A stretch of DNA of 64,000 bases, taken from assembly GCA_965213685.1 (NCBI GenBank), contig CBDBZY010000041.1, forward strand, positions 384,001 through 448,000. Direction: 5' to 3'. The stretch comes from a bacterium (GTDB lineage: Bacteria > UBA8248). The notes beneath the pieces were generated by a model. It saw nothing but the letters and a program-made list of their open reading frames with translations. It was not told where the DNA came from and did no database searches. The translations under genes were made by a program, and so were the position numbers. Shown piece by piece: positions 51,190-63,294 of the stretch (the first letter of the stretch is position 1; each line of letters starts with the position of its first letter).

Positions 51190-51595
51190 GTTACGGAGGA
51201 ATTGCCTGTTTAGCTATGACCTTTTCAGCGCGAAGGTGTGAAGGAATTTTAAATGACCATAAACGACGGTAACGGAAGTCCCCGCCCCTTGGTGGGCCAT
51301 GGTGTAGAAGTGAGCGCTTTTGTTCCAGGTTCTGTAAGGCCCTATCTCCTGTAGTGAAGGACCTATACTTAGACATGTTGTCAATGATGAACCAGGAGGA
51401 AGGAGACATCCCATACCTGTACGACTGCAGATTTGTAGACGACCTAAAGATCTAAGCCGCGCCTCCCATCGACCATGCAGGATGGATGGCTTACTTTATA
51501 AAACACCCTGGTGTATACATTCAGCAGCAAATTCAGTGGAAAAGCCTAGAAGCCTACAGCTATTTCAGAAGCGGACATGCGTAGGATGTGGATTC
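51190..51595 (+). mobile_element. Degenerate fragment of an ISL2EU/Kolobok-type accessory gene; inverted relative at ~59640-60650
   Basis: LEAYSYFRSGH motif; 'ttttcag.gcgaaggtgtgaaggaattttaa' and 'ccgccccttggtgggccatggt' are shared in reverse complement with 60612-60645 and 59960-59985. Confidence 0.4.
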
Positions 51596-51782
51596 CAGTG
51601 CTCTCAACCTCTCAATAACAATAGGAGGGAGATCAAACTTTTAAATGAGTGAGATTAGGAACAAAATGAGTGAGATAACCAACATTAATAGGGTTTGGAG
51701 ATAATCTATTGATGTAATTGTTTTTTGCTACTGTTAGCTCTATAGTACGTGGTCACGTGGACGTTGGAAGCAAAATTAGTTA

Positions 51783-51816
<34 letters not shown>

Positions 51817-51873
51817 CACACACCACTAAAGGTGAAAACGTAGAACAGAAAAGAATAGAAAGGAAAGACAAAG

Positions 51874-54786
51874 TTAAGCACATGATATAATGTATATAAT
51901 ATCATCGAACGGAGAAAATCGACCAAAAGCAATTCTGTAACGTCGAATGACTTCAGCACACAGCATATCCTCAGAAGAATACATTTTTATGTGTCGATGA
52001 CCAGAAATAAAGTTATAACCAGCGAAAGAATATGCACACTGAGATGCTTCTTTGAAGACGTACTTAACAAGAGGTGAGAGAGATGTTACAGCACGAGAAA
52101 GCATAGAATGAAACCTCATATACAACATATTAGACACTGACTGAATGTTACTAACACAGTGTACAATTCTTGTGTGAGAGTGTGGTGGTAGGTTCCATAT
52201 TCTCCTAAACATTTTGTTCAATGAACATTCAATGATACGCAAATTCTTGCAAGACAAATACCATAGTGTGCTACCATACATAGACAAACAAAATTGCTTG
52301 ACAAGAAAATTCTTTACGGAGAGATCTGCAAATGGAAATACACACTGAACAAAGTTAGCTTTCCGAGTCATATCTTTCGTTGCCCTTATAATATCAGATG
52401 TGTCATCCAAATTGTAAGACAGCACATGCCCGAGATGAGTGATTGTGTCCATGAAGTCCAGAGCAATACCACCAAAGTTAATGCAATCTTTACATGAGGA
52501 TGAAGAGGACAAACCAAATCTGATCAATTGAGTCTTTTCTGCATTGAACTTGAGGCCATGAGATTGTGCGAACTCCTCACAAGTTGTTAGCATAATTCGT
52601 AAAGCAGATGGACACGGAGCTAGCAGGGCTATGTCATCTGCATAACACACTGCACCAACAAAGTGAGCCCCCCAATAACATCCAACACCAATTCGAGACA
52701 GCTTCTGCAATAATCCATCCAAATACACAGCAAACAACACAGGAGACAACACACTACCTTGACGAACACCATTAGAAACAGAAAACGAATGAGACACACA
52801 AGAATTCCAGCGAACACACATTTGTTGACTACTATACCAACTTAGAAGAAAATGGAGAATAGGAGTTGGGAGACCACGAGAATGAAGAATATCAAATAGA
52901 ATGCCATGATCCACCAAATCAAATGCTTTGCTTGCATCTAAAAAACAGCCATAAACCTTAGAACCTTTACGTATATACCTAGAAACAATATTCTTTATGA
53001 GTCCTGTGCAAAGAGTTGTTGAATGACCTTTCTTGAAGCCAAATTGCAAAGCACTACTTGTAAAGTAGGATTCATATCTGGAGAGTATTATTCTTTCCAG
53101 GACTTTACTCAAGAGAGATGCAATTGCAATTGCTCTGTAGTTTTTACTGCTAGAATGATCTTTGTTATTTTTTGGTATGGGGACCAACGTACAATCTCGA
53201 ATACACTTGGGCATGTATCCATGACGAAGAACAGCTGTGAAAAAAGCAGACAGAGGACCAGCAATGGGGAGTGCAGAGAACCTTAAATGCTCAGCAGATA
53301 GCTGTGCAGAATCCACCTTGTTAGGCTTGATTAGATGGATTGCATTCAGTACATCATCAATGGAGACATGAACAGTTGAAAGATGATCAAGAGATAAAGA
53401 GATATTTGAAGCTTGAAGCAAAGTGTGCCGTAAAGAGGAACTGTGTGTATTGAGAAGGCCCTGCAACTTAGAAGCCCACAAGTTTGCAATGTCATTACCA
53501 TCAGAAACACCATCAACAACTGGAGCACATCTGGAATTTCTGGGTTTTGTCAATTTATTGACTAGTGACCAAAAGTCTTGAGGGTTTTTTCGACAGTAAG
53601 ACTTAGCTAACTTATCCCGTAACAAATACATCTGTTGCCTTTTGACTTTACGGGCTGCAAATTTATACCTCTTTTTTGCCTTCTTCTTTATATCAAAGAG
53701 AACGCCCGATTTAGGGCATCCAGCTTCCAACCAAACATGATACCAGAAATTGGTTTCATGCCTCAACTTCCTCGGCCCATCATTCCAGCCCACCAGCCCT
53801 CTGTGCTTTGACTTCATGTGAGAAGGAATGCAGGATGCTGCACATTTCAAAAGGCATGTGACAAGCATATCAGCAAAGCGATCAATACAACTAAGATGTG
53901 ACAAGCAATTAGGCGAACAACAAGAAGCAACATCAGGAGGAAACGGTGGAAGTGACTGAGCAACTAGCTTAGAGTAATTATCAAGATCTTCTTTAGATGC
54001 TTTGTCCCAGTCCAGACTAGGAGAGGAAGAAAACGAATGAGAAGTGGTATCTATCAAAGAGCAATCGACGTTAAGAGTAAATGCAATTGGATGATGGTCA
54101 GAAAGATTAGAACCCAGAAGCACACTTGTAACATGTGACACTATATTTGAGTTATGAATAGAACACAGAACATGATCAACCCAAGATGTTACAAGCCCAT
54201 CATCTCGCTCGTAAGTAAATTGAATAGCGTCTGGAAAGGAAAGATCTCGTGCACAGAGATCCCACTCATCCATAAAATCCAAAAGCAACTGAGTTAAACT
54301 GCCACCCCGAGAAAAATCCACATTAAAATCACCAACAAGTAAATTCACATCACACTTATGAAACTCCAAGAAGCCCTCCAACTCACCAATTGTACTTAGG
54401 TACTCATCAAAGCAAAATGAATGCGACTGAGCAGGCATATACACACAAACCACAAGGACAGAAACACCACAGGAATCATGCAATTTGACAGCACAAAAAC
54501 GATTAGAATTACATAAAAGTGGTGTAATGGAAGAAAACAAAGATCGCCGATACAAAATGGCACAGCCCCCATATGGCCGTCCACACAACAACACACTACC
54601 ATCAATACCACTAACCGAGACACTGTGAAAATCAGGGTGAAACTCATTCAGCAGATACAGCTGATCAGGTAGCAACCAATGTTCCTGAATGAAACATATA
54701 TCAAGAGAACCAATCAAGTCCCAAAGAGTTTGTTTACCACTATTCCAACCTCTACAATTATAAGTAAGGCACTGTAGCGGGGCCAT
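51874..54786 (-). CDS. LINE ORF2: APE endonuclease + reverse transcriptase (970 aa)
   Basis: TYNCRG, IQEHW, GDFN, DHVL and SDHHP (APE); NYRAIA, QFGF, FLDASKAFD, GVRQGSVLSP, YADD and FNAEKT (RT). Confidence 0.98.
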   Translation of the reverse strand: MAPLQCLTYNCRGWNSGKQTLWDLIGSLDICFIQEHWLLPDQLYLLNEFHPDFHSVSVSGIDGSVLLCGRPYGGCAILYRRSLFSSITPLLCNSNRFCAVKLHDSCGVSVLVVCVYMPAQSHSFCFDEYLSTIGELEGFLEFHKCDVNLLVGDFNVDFSRGGSLTQLLLDFMDEWDLCARDLSFPDAIQFTYERDDGLVTSWVDHVLCSIHNSNIVSHVTSVLLGSNLSDHHPIAFTLNVDCSLIDTTSHSFSSSPSLDWDKASKEDLDNYSKLVAQSLPPFPPDVASCCSPNCLSHLSCIDRFADMLVTCLLKCAASCIPSHMKSKHRGLVGWNDGPRKLRHETNFWYHVWLEAGCPKSGVLFDIKKKAKKRYKFAARKVKRQQMYLLRDKLAKSYCRKNPQDFWSLVNKLTKPRNSRCAPVVDGVSDGNDIANLWASKLQGLLNTHSSSLRHTLLQASNISLSLDHLSTVHVSIDDVLNAIHLIKPNKVDSAQLSAEHLRFSALPIAGPLSAFFTAVLRHGYMPKCIRDCTLVPIPKNNKDHSSSKNYRAIAIASLLSKVLERIILSRYESYFTSSALQFGFKKGHSTTLCTGLIKNIVSRYIRKGSKVYGCFLDASKAFDLVDHGILFDILHSRGLPTPILHFLLSWYSSQQMCVRWNSCVSHSFSVSNGVRQGSVLSPVLFAVYLDGLLQKLSRIGVGCYWGAHFVGAVCYADDIALLAPCPSALRIMLTTCEEFAQSHGLKFNAEKTQLIRFGLSSSSSCKDCINFGGIALDFMDTITHLGHVLSYNLDDTSDIIRATKDMTRKANFVQCVFPFADLSVKNFLVKQFCLSMYGSTLWYLSCKNLRIIECSLNKMFRRIWNLPPHSHTRIVHCVSNIQSVSNMLYMRFHSMLSRAVTSLSPLVKYVFKEASQCAYSFAGYNFISGHRHIKMYSSEDMLCAEVIRRYRIAFGRFSPFDDIIYIISCA

Positions 54787-56357
54787 TAAGAATGTTCTGT
54801 GCCCTTGCTGAAGGTCAAATCAGATGCAGAAATATCAAGGGAGGTGATGGAAGGGTGGGTTTGTGTTGATTGCAAGGCAGAGTCAGAGTCACCTGTACAC
54901 AGGGACTCAGAGCCAGCTGGAGAGACACCAGACCTGACATGGGTAGAGTCAGAGTCACCTGTACGCAGGCTCTCACAGCCTGCTGGGGAGACATTACATG
55001 ACATCTCGGCAACAGGGTCATGCTGAGGGAGGGAGACATGTGAAACATCAGAATGACCAGAAGCCCCTTTAGACTTATCTGAGAGTGATTGAGACTTCTT
55101 CTGACGCATATCGGGTGAAAGATCCTCCCGAATGAACAGACGAGCAATGTGAAAATTTTTTAATTTCCGCTTTTGCATTAGAACCATTCTCCTGTCCCAT
55201 GGAGTGGCAAACTTAATCAGCACAGGACGTGGAGGAATAGCATTTTCTGCCACCCCTGACCTCTTCTTGTAACGACCCAGCCGAAATAGGTCTTTGATAG
55301 CAAGCTTACTCCCAGTGAGATATTCTAGAACCTCATCCACCCTCTCCCTTGTGCCCACCAGAGAGGCACATTCTGCAAGGCCAAAAAGTACCACATTTGA
55401 CTCTCTGTCATGATGATCAGGAAGAGAACTGGAGGTAGACTTCCTGAGTGGCAGCTTCATAGGCAGGGAGGAGTGGTTTGTGGATGAAGCACTTTGCTCA
55501 TGCTGTTGTCCACTGGCCACCACTGAAGAGTAGGTGGCCTCTGTTGTGCACACAGGTGGACCTACAGCATTGGAGGCTTCTGATCTAGTACCTCCAGATG
55601 TAAGAAAGGTGGACAACTTCTTCTCAAGGTCCGTAACAGCAGAGGTGAGAGCAAGCAGTGACCTTGTGTTGTCCTGTACCTGCTCAGACACAGGGTCAAG
55701 ACTCAGGGATGGTATCCTAGGGAGCTCTGTGGCTTCACAATAAATAGGAGGGACTGAGCTCTTTGAATCTAATGCATCAAAAGCAGCCAAAATATCTTCT
55801 AGATCCGCATCTATCCGCTCCCTTTTATCAGAGCCACGCCTCTGATGATACACAAGGCCAGCACCCTTCAATTCTTCCTTGCACGACTCCCAGAGCAACC
55901 TTTTGGAATGCTCAACGGCAGACTGATCAAACCTCTCCACCACAATGGAAGATAGGCTGGTCTTGTCACCTCGTAAGCGGAATGCCTTGATAAAGGCCAA
56001 AACTACATCAATCAACATTGTACTCTCAGCCTGCATAGCAACATCTGATGTGATAGGGGCTGAGGGTGTCTCAGCAGACGTACACACAAGGTTGTAGTCA
56101 CTAAGAGGGCGACCACCATGAAAGAGTGAAGACTTCCACTTCTTTGCAGACTTTCCACCCAATCTTTCAAACTCTAAAGGTGTAATCCATTTAGAAGCAC
56201 TCAAAACACACTGACCAACACGCTTAGCCCGCTCCTTATGCAACCGATCAATATACAACTGACCACTCACACTGCCACACTCAACTGAGATATATGAACC
56301 ATTGCAATCACTCTCAATTCTAGGCAATAACAACGAACCACTCTGAGACATAGCCAT
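54786..56357 (-). CDS. LINE ORF1 (523 aa): N-terminal SAND-like domain, coiled coil, RRM-like region
   Basis: ISVECGSVSGQLY..CV..KWITPLEFERLGGKSAKKWKSSL..GRPL (SAND); NVVLFGLAE, RLGR, PRPVLIKF and FIREDL (ORF1 RRM/CTD). Stop overlaps the ORF2 start as TAATG. Confidence 0.9.
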   Translation of the reverse strand: MAMSQSGSLLLPRIESDCNGSYISVECGSVSGQLYIDRLHKERAKRVGQCVLSASKWITPLEFERLGGKSAKKWKSSLFHGGRPLSDYNLVCTSAETPSAPITSDVAMQAESTMLIDVVLAFIKAFRLRGDKTSLSSIVVERFDQSAVEHSKRLLWESCKEELKGAGLVYHQRRGSDKRERIDADLEDILAAFDALDSKSSVPPIYCEATELPRIPSLSLDPVSEQVQDNTRSLLALTSAVTDLEKKLSTFLTSGGTRSEASNAVGPPVCTTEATYSSVVASGQQHEQSASSTNHSSLPMKLPLRKSTSSSLPDHHDRESNVVLFGLAECASLVGTRERVDEVLEYLTGSKLAIKDLFRLGRYKKRSGVAENAIPPRPVLIKFATPWDRRMVLMQKRKLKNFHIARLFIREDLSPDMRQKKSQSLSDKSKGASGHSDVSHVSLPQHDPVAEMSCNVSPAGCESLRTGDSDSTHVRSGVSPAGSESLCTGDSDSALQSTQTHPSITSLDISASDLTFSKGTEHS

Positions 56358-57571
56358 CCAACAACAACAACACAGGACTCACTTCGCACGTGCAGCATGC
56401 GTTAATAGGTCCACCATGGAAGACGACAGCACAGTAGAAACCCACGCGAACGAACGGACGGACACGGAGACAGAGGCGATGACTGACTTCCTCGAGTTTG
56501 CTGGACGAAGGGCGAGAGTCGGCTGTTTGCTGGACGAAGGGCGAGAGTCGGTTGCTGTGAATTTACTTGTGCTATAGTGCGATAATCTATGCACACGTAT
56601 GATCATGAGCGCCTAGAGCATAAGGCCCGAGGGGCGCGCGCGAGGCGCACGTGGTTGAACCTATCTAGCTCGAACGCGCGCTAGTTAGCTACGTACGTGC
56701 GTACACGCGTGTGGTACCGGTACACCCCTTTCACATCCCCTATATACGGCGAGTATACAGTCGGCAGCGCAACCGTTGACGGGTCGACGACCCTAGCCTT
56801 GCGGAGCCACACTTTCTCGCGCACATAAGTAATATCCTGCGTGAGATTTGGGTGTGCTTTGCGGGTGAGCGTGAGTGACATACTAAATGCGTGAGTCTCA
56901 CGCGCAATGCGTGAGAGTTGAGAGGTCTGCAGTGATGTACCATCTCGTCATCTCTGTAAAGGGTAACTTGGTATTCTGCCACCACTTCCTTAGTTTGTCA
57001 GAGGTGCACTGGTACATGGTAGAACACAAGACTAGTGGAATAGCAAACGATGTTCTACTTAAGTTAAAGGAGAATATTATAAAACATAAATGAGGCAAAA
57101 AAGGACAAAAAGCAACCAAAATAACAGCGAGTCTTTAATTTGAAGGTGGCTCCAGTAGAAAAAAGACAAACTCTACGGATGGTAATTGACTCCCTTCTTG
57201 CTCACACACTGTTGCGTACGTGAATCGAAGCCATTGCTCGTATGCTCCTTGCCATGTGTGCATGTCGGTCAGTCGTATATATAGAGAAGCGGCTATATGG
57301 TACACCCTTAATCATCCAAGTGTCGGGTCGACCTGAGACTGAATGCCAACGACGCGCCATTGCGCCAGAGGTGTTGCACTTCTTACGTCAAGCTCCATGA
57401 CTGTATATATGTTTCACATCAACACCAACGAAGCCCAAGCTACCGATAACTTGCTAGTGTCGTATGTGTGGTGACAACTGAAGAGCCTTTCAGTAAATAA
57501 TTTATAACCGGTCTTTCCGTATGCCGAGCCCAGCAACAAGCTAGCTAAAAATGGCTACGTTAAAATAATGT

Positions 57572-57608
57572 ACCCTTGAGGATGACACAAGGTGTCAAAA
57601 CGTTGGGT
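57572..57608 (+). ncRNA. Degenerate minimal hammerhead ribozyme (Penelope pLTR type)
   Basis: accc-ttgagga-t-gacac aag gtgtc-aaaac-gtt-gggt gives stem I, stem II and a palindromic AACGTT; two core positions deviate from CUGAnGA/GAAA. Confidence 0.4.
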
Positions 57609-57841
57609 TCTATTAAGAACAGTGACTAGCAAGTACTTTAGAGAATTAGCAAGATGTACACTACCGTATACTTTGACTTCAAAAAATCAATGTTGTACTT
57701 GAGTAACCACGCATACAATACACACTACACTGTCTATCATCTCTACCTTAATAACCAGCTATCCTTTCTTCCTTACTGTTTAAATGCATGATGAATCAAG
57801 AAATGTTACAATATGACCACAATATGATGCTATCAGCATTT

Positions 57842-58768
<927 letters not shown>

Positions 58769-59061
58769 CTATGAAATAAACCAACACACAAACAAACACT
58801 GGGTCAATAATCCATGACGAGATGGGCCATGTCATCAACCACAATTATTATGGAGTTGCCATGTCCCCAGCCACAGAGCAGTGCTATATTATATATCCTT
58901 TCCCAGGCTTTCCCCCACATGCCAGCACAACAGGGTTTGCACTTTAGTGCTCTTCATTATAATTTTGTGTGTATGCATATTTCGACAGTCATTGAAATCA
59001 AACCTGGGCATTGTGAAAGTCACCTGCACAGTTGACATTACCAGAAAGCAACTCACTGATG

Positions 59062-59580
59062 TAGTGCTCTCAACCTCTCAATAACAATAGGTGGGAGATC
59101 AAACTTTTAAATGAGGGAGATTAGGAACAAAATGAGTGAGATAACCAACACTAATAGGGTTTGGAGATAATCTATTGATGTAGTTGTTTTTTTTGCTACT
59201 GTGAGCTCTATAGTACGTGGTCACGTGGACGTTGGAAGCAAAATTAGATATGTGCGCACGTATGATCATATATCATGAGCATAAGACCCGAGGGGCGCGC
59301 GCGAGGCGCACGTGGTTGAACCTAGCTAGCTCAAATGCGCGCTAGTTAGCTACGTCCGTGCGTACACGCGTGTGGTACCGGTACGCCCCTTTCACATCCC
59401 CTATATACGGCGAGTATACAGTCGGCAGCGCAACTGTTGACGGGTCGAAGACCCTAACCTTGCGGAGCCACGCCTTCTCGCGCATATAAGTACCATCCTA
59501 CGTGAGATTTGGGTGTGCTTTGCGGGTGACATACTAAATGCGTGAGCCTCGCGCGCAATGCGTGAGAGTTGAGAGGTCTG
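59062..59580. mobile_element. hAT-like MITE copy 2 (uninterrupted)
   Basis: tagtgctctcaacctctca ... tgagagttgagaggtctg; direct repeat of copy 1. Confidence 0.88.
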
Positions 59581-60017
59581 GGATTCCCAGGAAGACCTGT
59601 GATCCTTAGCCAATCGTCCCCAGATAATGCCCACCATACTTGGATTGGAATCACGAGTTATGAGCAGATTGTCACTGCCAGCTTCTGACTGAATAGTTAT
59701 AGGCTTCTAAGCTTTTCCACTGAATTTGCTGCTGGAGGTATGCACAAGGGCGCTATATGTAGTAGAAATGCCGGTTTCTGTCTGACTGTCACTTCAAGGC
59801 CCGTGCCATATCGTCCAGCCGTTCGCATATGGATTGTCTCCTTCTTCCAGGCTCATCACTCTCGACTTGTTTAAGTAGCAGTCCTTGGGTAAGGGTGGTA
59901 CCACCCCACAGTACTTGCTCATATCGCGCACGAAACCGTTCACACACTGCACCCGCTAGCCCACCATGGCCCACCAAGGGGCGGGCATTTCCGCTTCCGC
60001 TGTTTACCAACACTTAA

Positions 60018-60591
60018 GGGAGGGCGAGTCATGATTGCGTTCTTCGTCAATTACTCTACCGTCGCTTTCCCCCTACATTTACCAACGCTAAAACGACAGC
60101 AATTCTTTGGCGCGGTTGCAAATTCGCAGGGAAAAAAATTCCTGTTTCCCGCTACCGTTGGACGTGTGGCGCTGTGTGGCGCCAACCGGTGAAGAGGTGG
60201 ATGCTCGCCAAAGGGGAATGAACTAGTTTATGCGCAATGGGTTGCTCGAGGCTTGGCTTGCTACTTTACGGCAGAATTTGCTACCGTTTTTCTAAATTCT
60301 GCAGCACGAAGAAAACGATTATATGTCTAGAAAGAACGATTTAGCACGGATTTTTAAAGCAAACGTAGATAGCCAACATGCTTAGTAATCATCCACCGAA
60401 GTTTCGTCTCTGCAGCATTAGCCGTTATTGGCAAATTTTTTTCTATAATTACCGATATGCATATTGCGTAAATTTTATAATGCTATGAACCGACATATCA
60501 CGCAAAACTACGTTATTTCGCTAACAGGCATCATTAGGAGAATACAATAAAACATAAATCAGGCAAAATCATGTCTTAGGGTCGTCCTGCC
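60018..60591. mobile_element. Kolobok-like MITE, copy 2
   Basis: TTAA at 60014-60017 and 60592-60595; near-identical to 28716-29289. Confidence 0.88.
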
Positions 60592-61052
60592 TTAAGTACC
60601 ACTTAAGTGCCACTTAAAATTCCTTCACACCTTCGCTCTGAAAAGGTCCATAAGGTGATGTCACTGCATGTACTAGCAGCCAATCAGCCCGTTGGAATCA
60701 AGTGGAATCATAGGTGTAGTAAACAGCTTCCGATGTACACCAACTTCGTACGATGTCTACAAGCTAGTCGCTGTCCCTAGTCTAACCCTAACCCTGCCTC
60801 GTTACACGATCAGTGAGCTAGTCCCTAACGTGGGCCCCTAGCAACCCCTGGTAGCAACCCCCAGTAGCAAACCATTGCCGCAACGTGTCACGACGCACTG
60901 TGGCCTGCGAACGGTAGCAAGCCCTTGCCGCCGCGTATAACGATGCAGTGAACGGTAGCTGGGCTCAGCGTTGACGGGGAAGGGACAGGGGTAGTCCGAA
61001 TCGTGAGTCGCTACACACTAAGGCTTGCCTGTAACACGTCGATTGGTCCAGC

Positions 61053-61088
61053 CATAGATATTATACACGGAATTGTATAATATCTATG
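61053..61088. mobile_element. 36-bp hairpin, probable P-element footprint
   Basis: catagatattataca-cggaat-tgtataatatctatg with 7-bp TSD gtccagc. Confidence 0.75.
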
Positions 61089-61269
61089 GTCCAGCTCACT
61101 CAGTCTTTCCCCAAGTAACCGGATGTGATCGAGCCGGCTTTACGTTTGCGCGTAGCGCGGGGGCCCGCGGGGACCAAAAAGTGGCATCACCGGATGAGGG
61201 TATATAAATATATAGAGGAGGGCTCCATCCGCACGACTAGATGGGCTCGCTCCCGCTCGCCCGATTATT

Positions 61270-61481
61270 GGGTGAGTGTGGCTATAGTGTCCGTTGAGCG
61301 GGGTTTTCTAGTACTGCGAGTGTACAATTGGGGACGGAATTACTGTCCGTTACACGGTGTCCGCTATTCAGGGGTTTTTGATGTATTAAAGTCTATGGAG
61401 AAACGATTGGGCCTTTCAGAATTGTCCGTTATATCGTGGGTGTCCGCTGTTGAGGGGCGTCCGTTAAGCGGGGTTCCACTG
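61270..61481. mobile_element. Right half of the Tc1/pogo MITE family (see 30155-30969)
   Basis: Matches ~30750-30969 and ends ggggttccactg|ta. Confidence 0.85.
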
Positions 61482-63294
61482 TATTCAGTACACGTACATG
61501 TAGTGAGACTCCACAGTACAGTAAGACTATAGCGACCTACATGACCCAACTATCAAAAATATTGGTCCGGCGGCCGCCCGGTCTGCCGGACCTACTCCGC
61601 CGCCCCTGTACTTCAGTGCATCTGCACCACACCTGTATTGTACATGCGCACGGGGTATGCGCTCTATGAGCACTTGTTGTCTTTAGGAATGGTCGTCCAG
61701 CCGCGTGGTCGGGCGAGCAAAGAGCGCGTCTCCATGCGACTGGTGGTGCGAATGGACTGCGCAGGGCAGGGCAGAGAGTCACAGCAAAAGGAGATCAGTT
61801 ATGAGTATGGAGCACAGCCATTGTGGAGAGTGGTGCGGATGAAGCTAATCGGGCACATGTCGTCCTTAGGAACTGTGAGATTAGAGACACTGGCCGGCTC
61901 GCTATTGCTCACAAATGGGGCACCAAGGCCCGGATTCCATGGCCCTACAGCGCACTGCTCTCCATTATCACCTCATATCATACGACAGTGTTGTCCCTCA
62001 GCTGCGTGCCTCCCTCCTTCCCCCTCCCTGTCTCTCTTCTCCCCTCACACTCTCTCCCCCTCCTCCTCCTCCTCCTCCTCCTCTTCCTCATTCCCTTCTC
62101 TCTCTCACTCACTACAGTATGCAGGACTACAATGCCCAGAGGTGGTGTGACCTGTTTGTTTGGTCATGTGACTGGGCAAGGGCTAGGAACTACTCTACTC
62201 CTATCGTGCTCTCATCACGCAGGTCTAACACTTGATCCCTCACTACATGGCATTGTATACATGAACAATCATATTATAATTGTAGTACACTACATTAGAA
62301 GAAAGGAAGAAGGAAAAGAAGGAAGAAAGAAATGAACAAACAACAACAACCTTATAATTATAATGATTATGTGTATGCACTCCCAGCTTCAGCAGCTTAG
62401 AAAAATATCTTCGAAAAATATATACATACCCTCAGCTTCACCAGCTTAGAAAAATATATACACACACTCTCAGCCTCTTCAGCTTAGAAAAATAGAACAA
62501 TCTCAGCCTTAGTGGCTTAGAAAAATAGATTGTCAGCCTCATTGACTTAGACACATGTACATGTACATGTGAAGCTCTGAATAATTCTAAGCCATTGAGG
62601 TTGAGATTGCTATATATTTCTAAGCCATTGAAGCTGTAACTTATTTTTCTAAGCCACTGAGGCTGAGAGACTATATTTCTAAGCTGGTGAAGCTGTTGTT
62701 TTTGTGTACAATATGTGTGTAATGCGTTTGTTTGTTTCTTTCCTTCTCTTCTTTCCTTTCCTCTTCTTTCTAGTGCTTATATGTGATTGTTCATGTACAC
62801 GTACTTCTCTTTCTCCTGTTTCCCTCATCTGTCCTCAACTTCTTCTCCGCTTCCCCTTCCTGCGTCTGCTCCTCCTCTTTGTCCCTCCCTCCTTCCCTTC
62901 AAATTCCCCCTTCATTCAATTGTGGGTCCCTAGCTTCCTAGTGGAGCCTTGTAGTGAGATGCACTGACCCTTGGGGACTTTGGCTCTCATCCCATACCAT
63001 AAGACCCTGTTGGTCTCCCTCCCCCTTCACCTGTACCCTGTTGGTCTCCCTCCCCCCTTCACCTGTACATGTACCTTCACCTCTCCCTCCCTCCTCCTCT
63101 CAGATTTTATTTTCCTAAACCATAAAGGCTGTGCACATTCTATTTTTCTAAGCCGTAGAGACTGTACAGATTATATTTTTCTAAGCCATAGAGGTTGTTG
63201 TAATTTTCTTTCTTTCTCTTTCTTTCCCTTCTCCTTTCTTTCTAAACAGTGCTCTATGTACTTGATTGTTCATGTACCCTCACCTCTCCCTGTA

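Noticed and set aside
60782-60794. Telomeric (CCCTAA)n seed
   Set aside because: Only two units; common inside MITEs.
61638-62335. Two overlapping 170-aa ORFs
   Set aside because: No recognisable domain and partly CT-tract read-through; may hide a degenerate first exon, but this cannot be supported.
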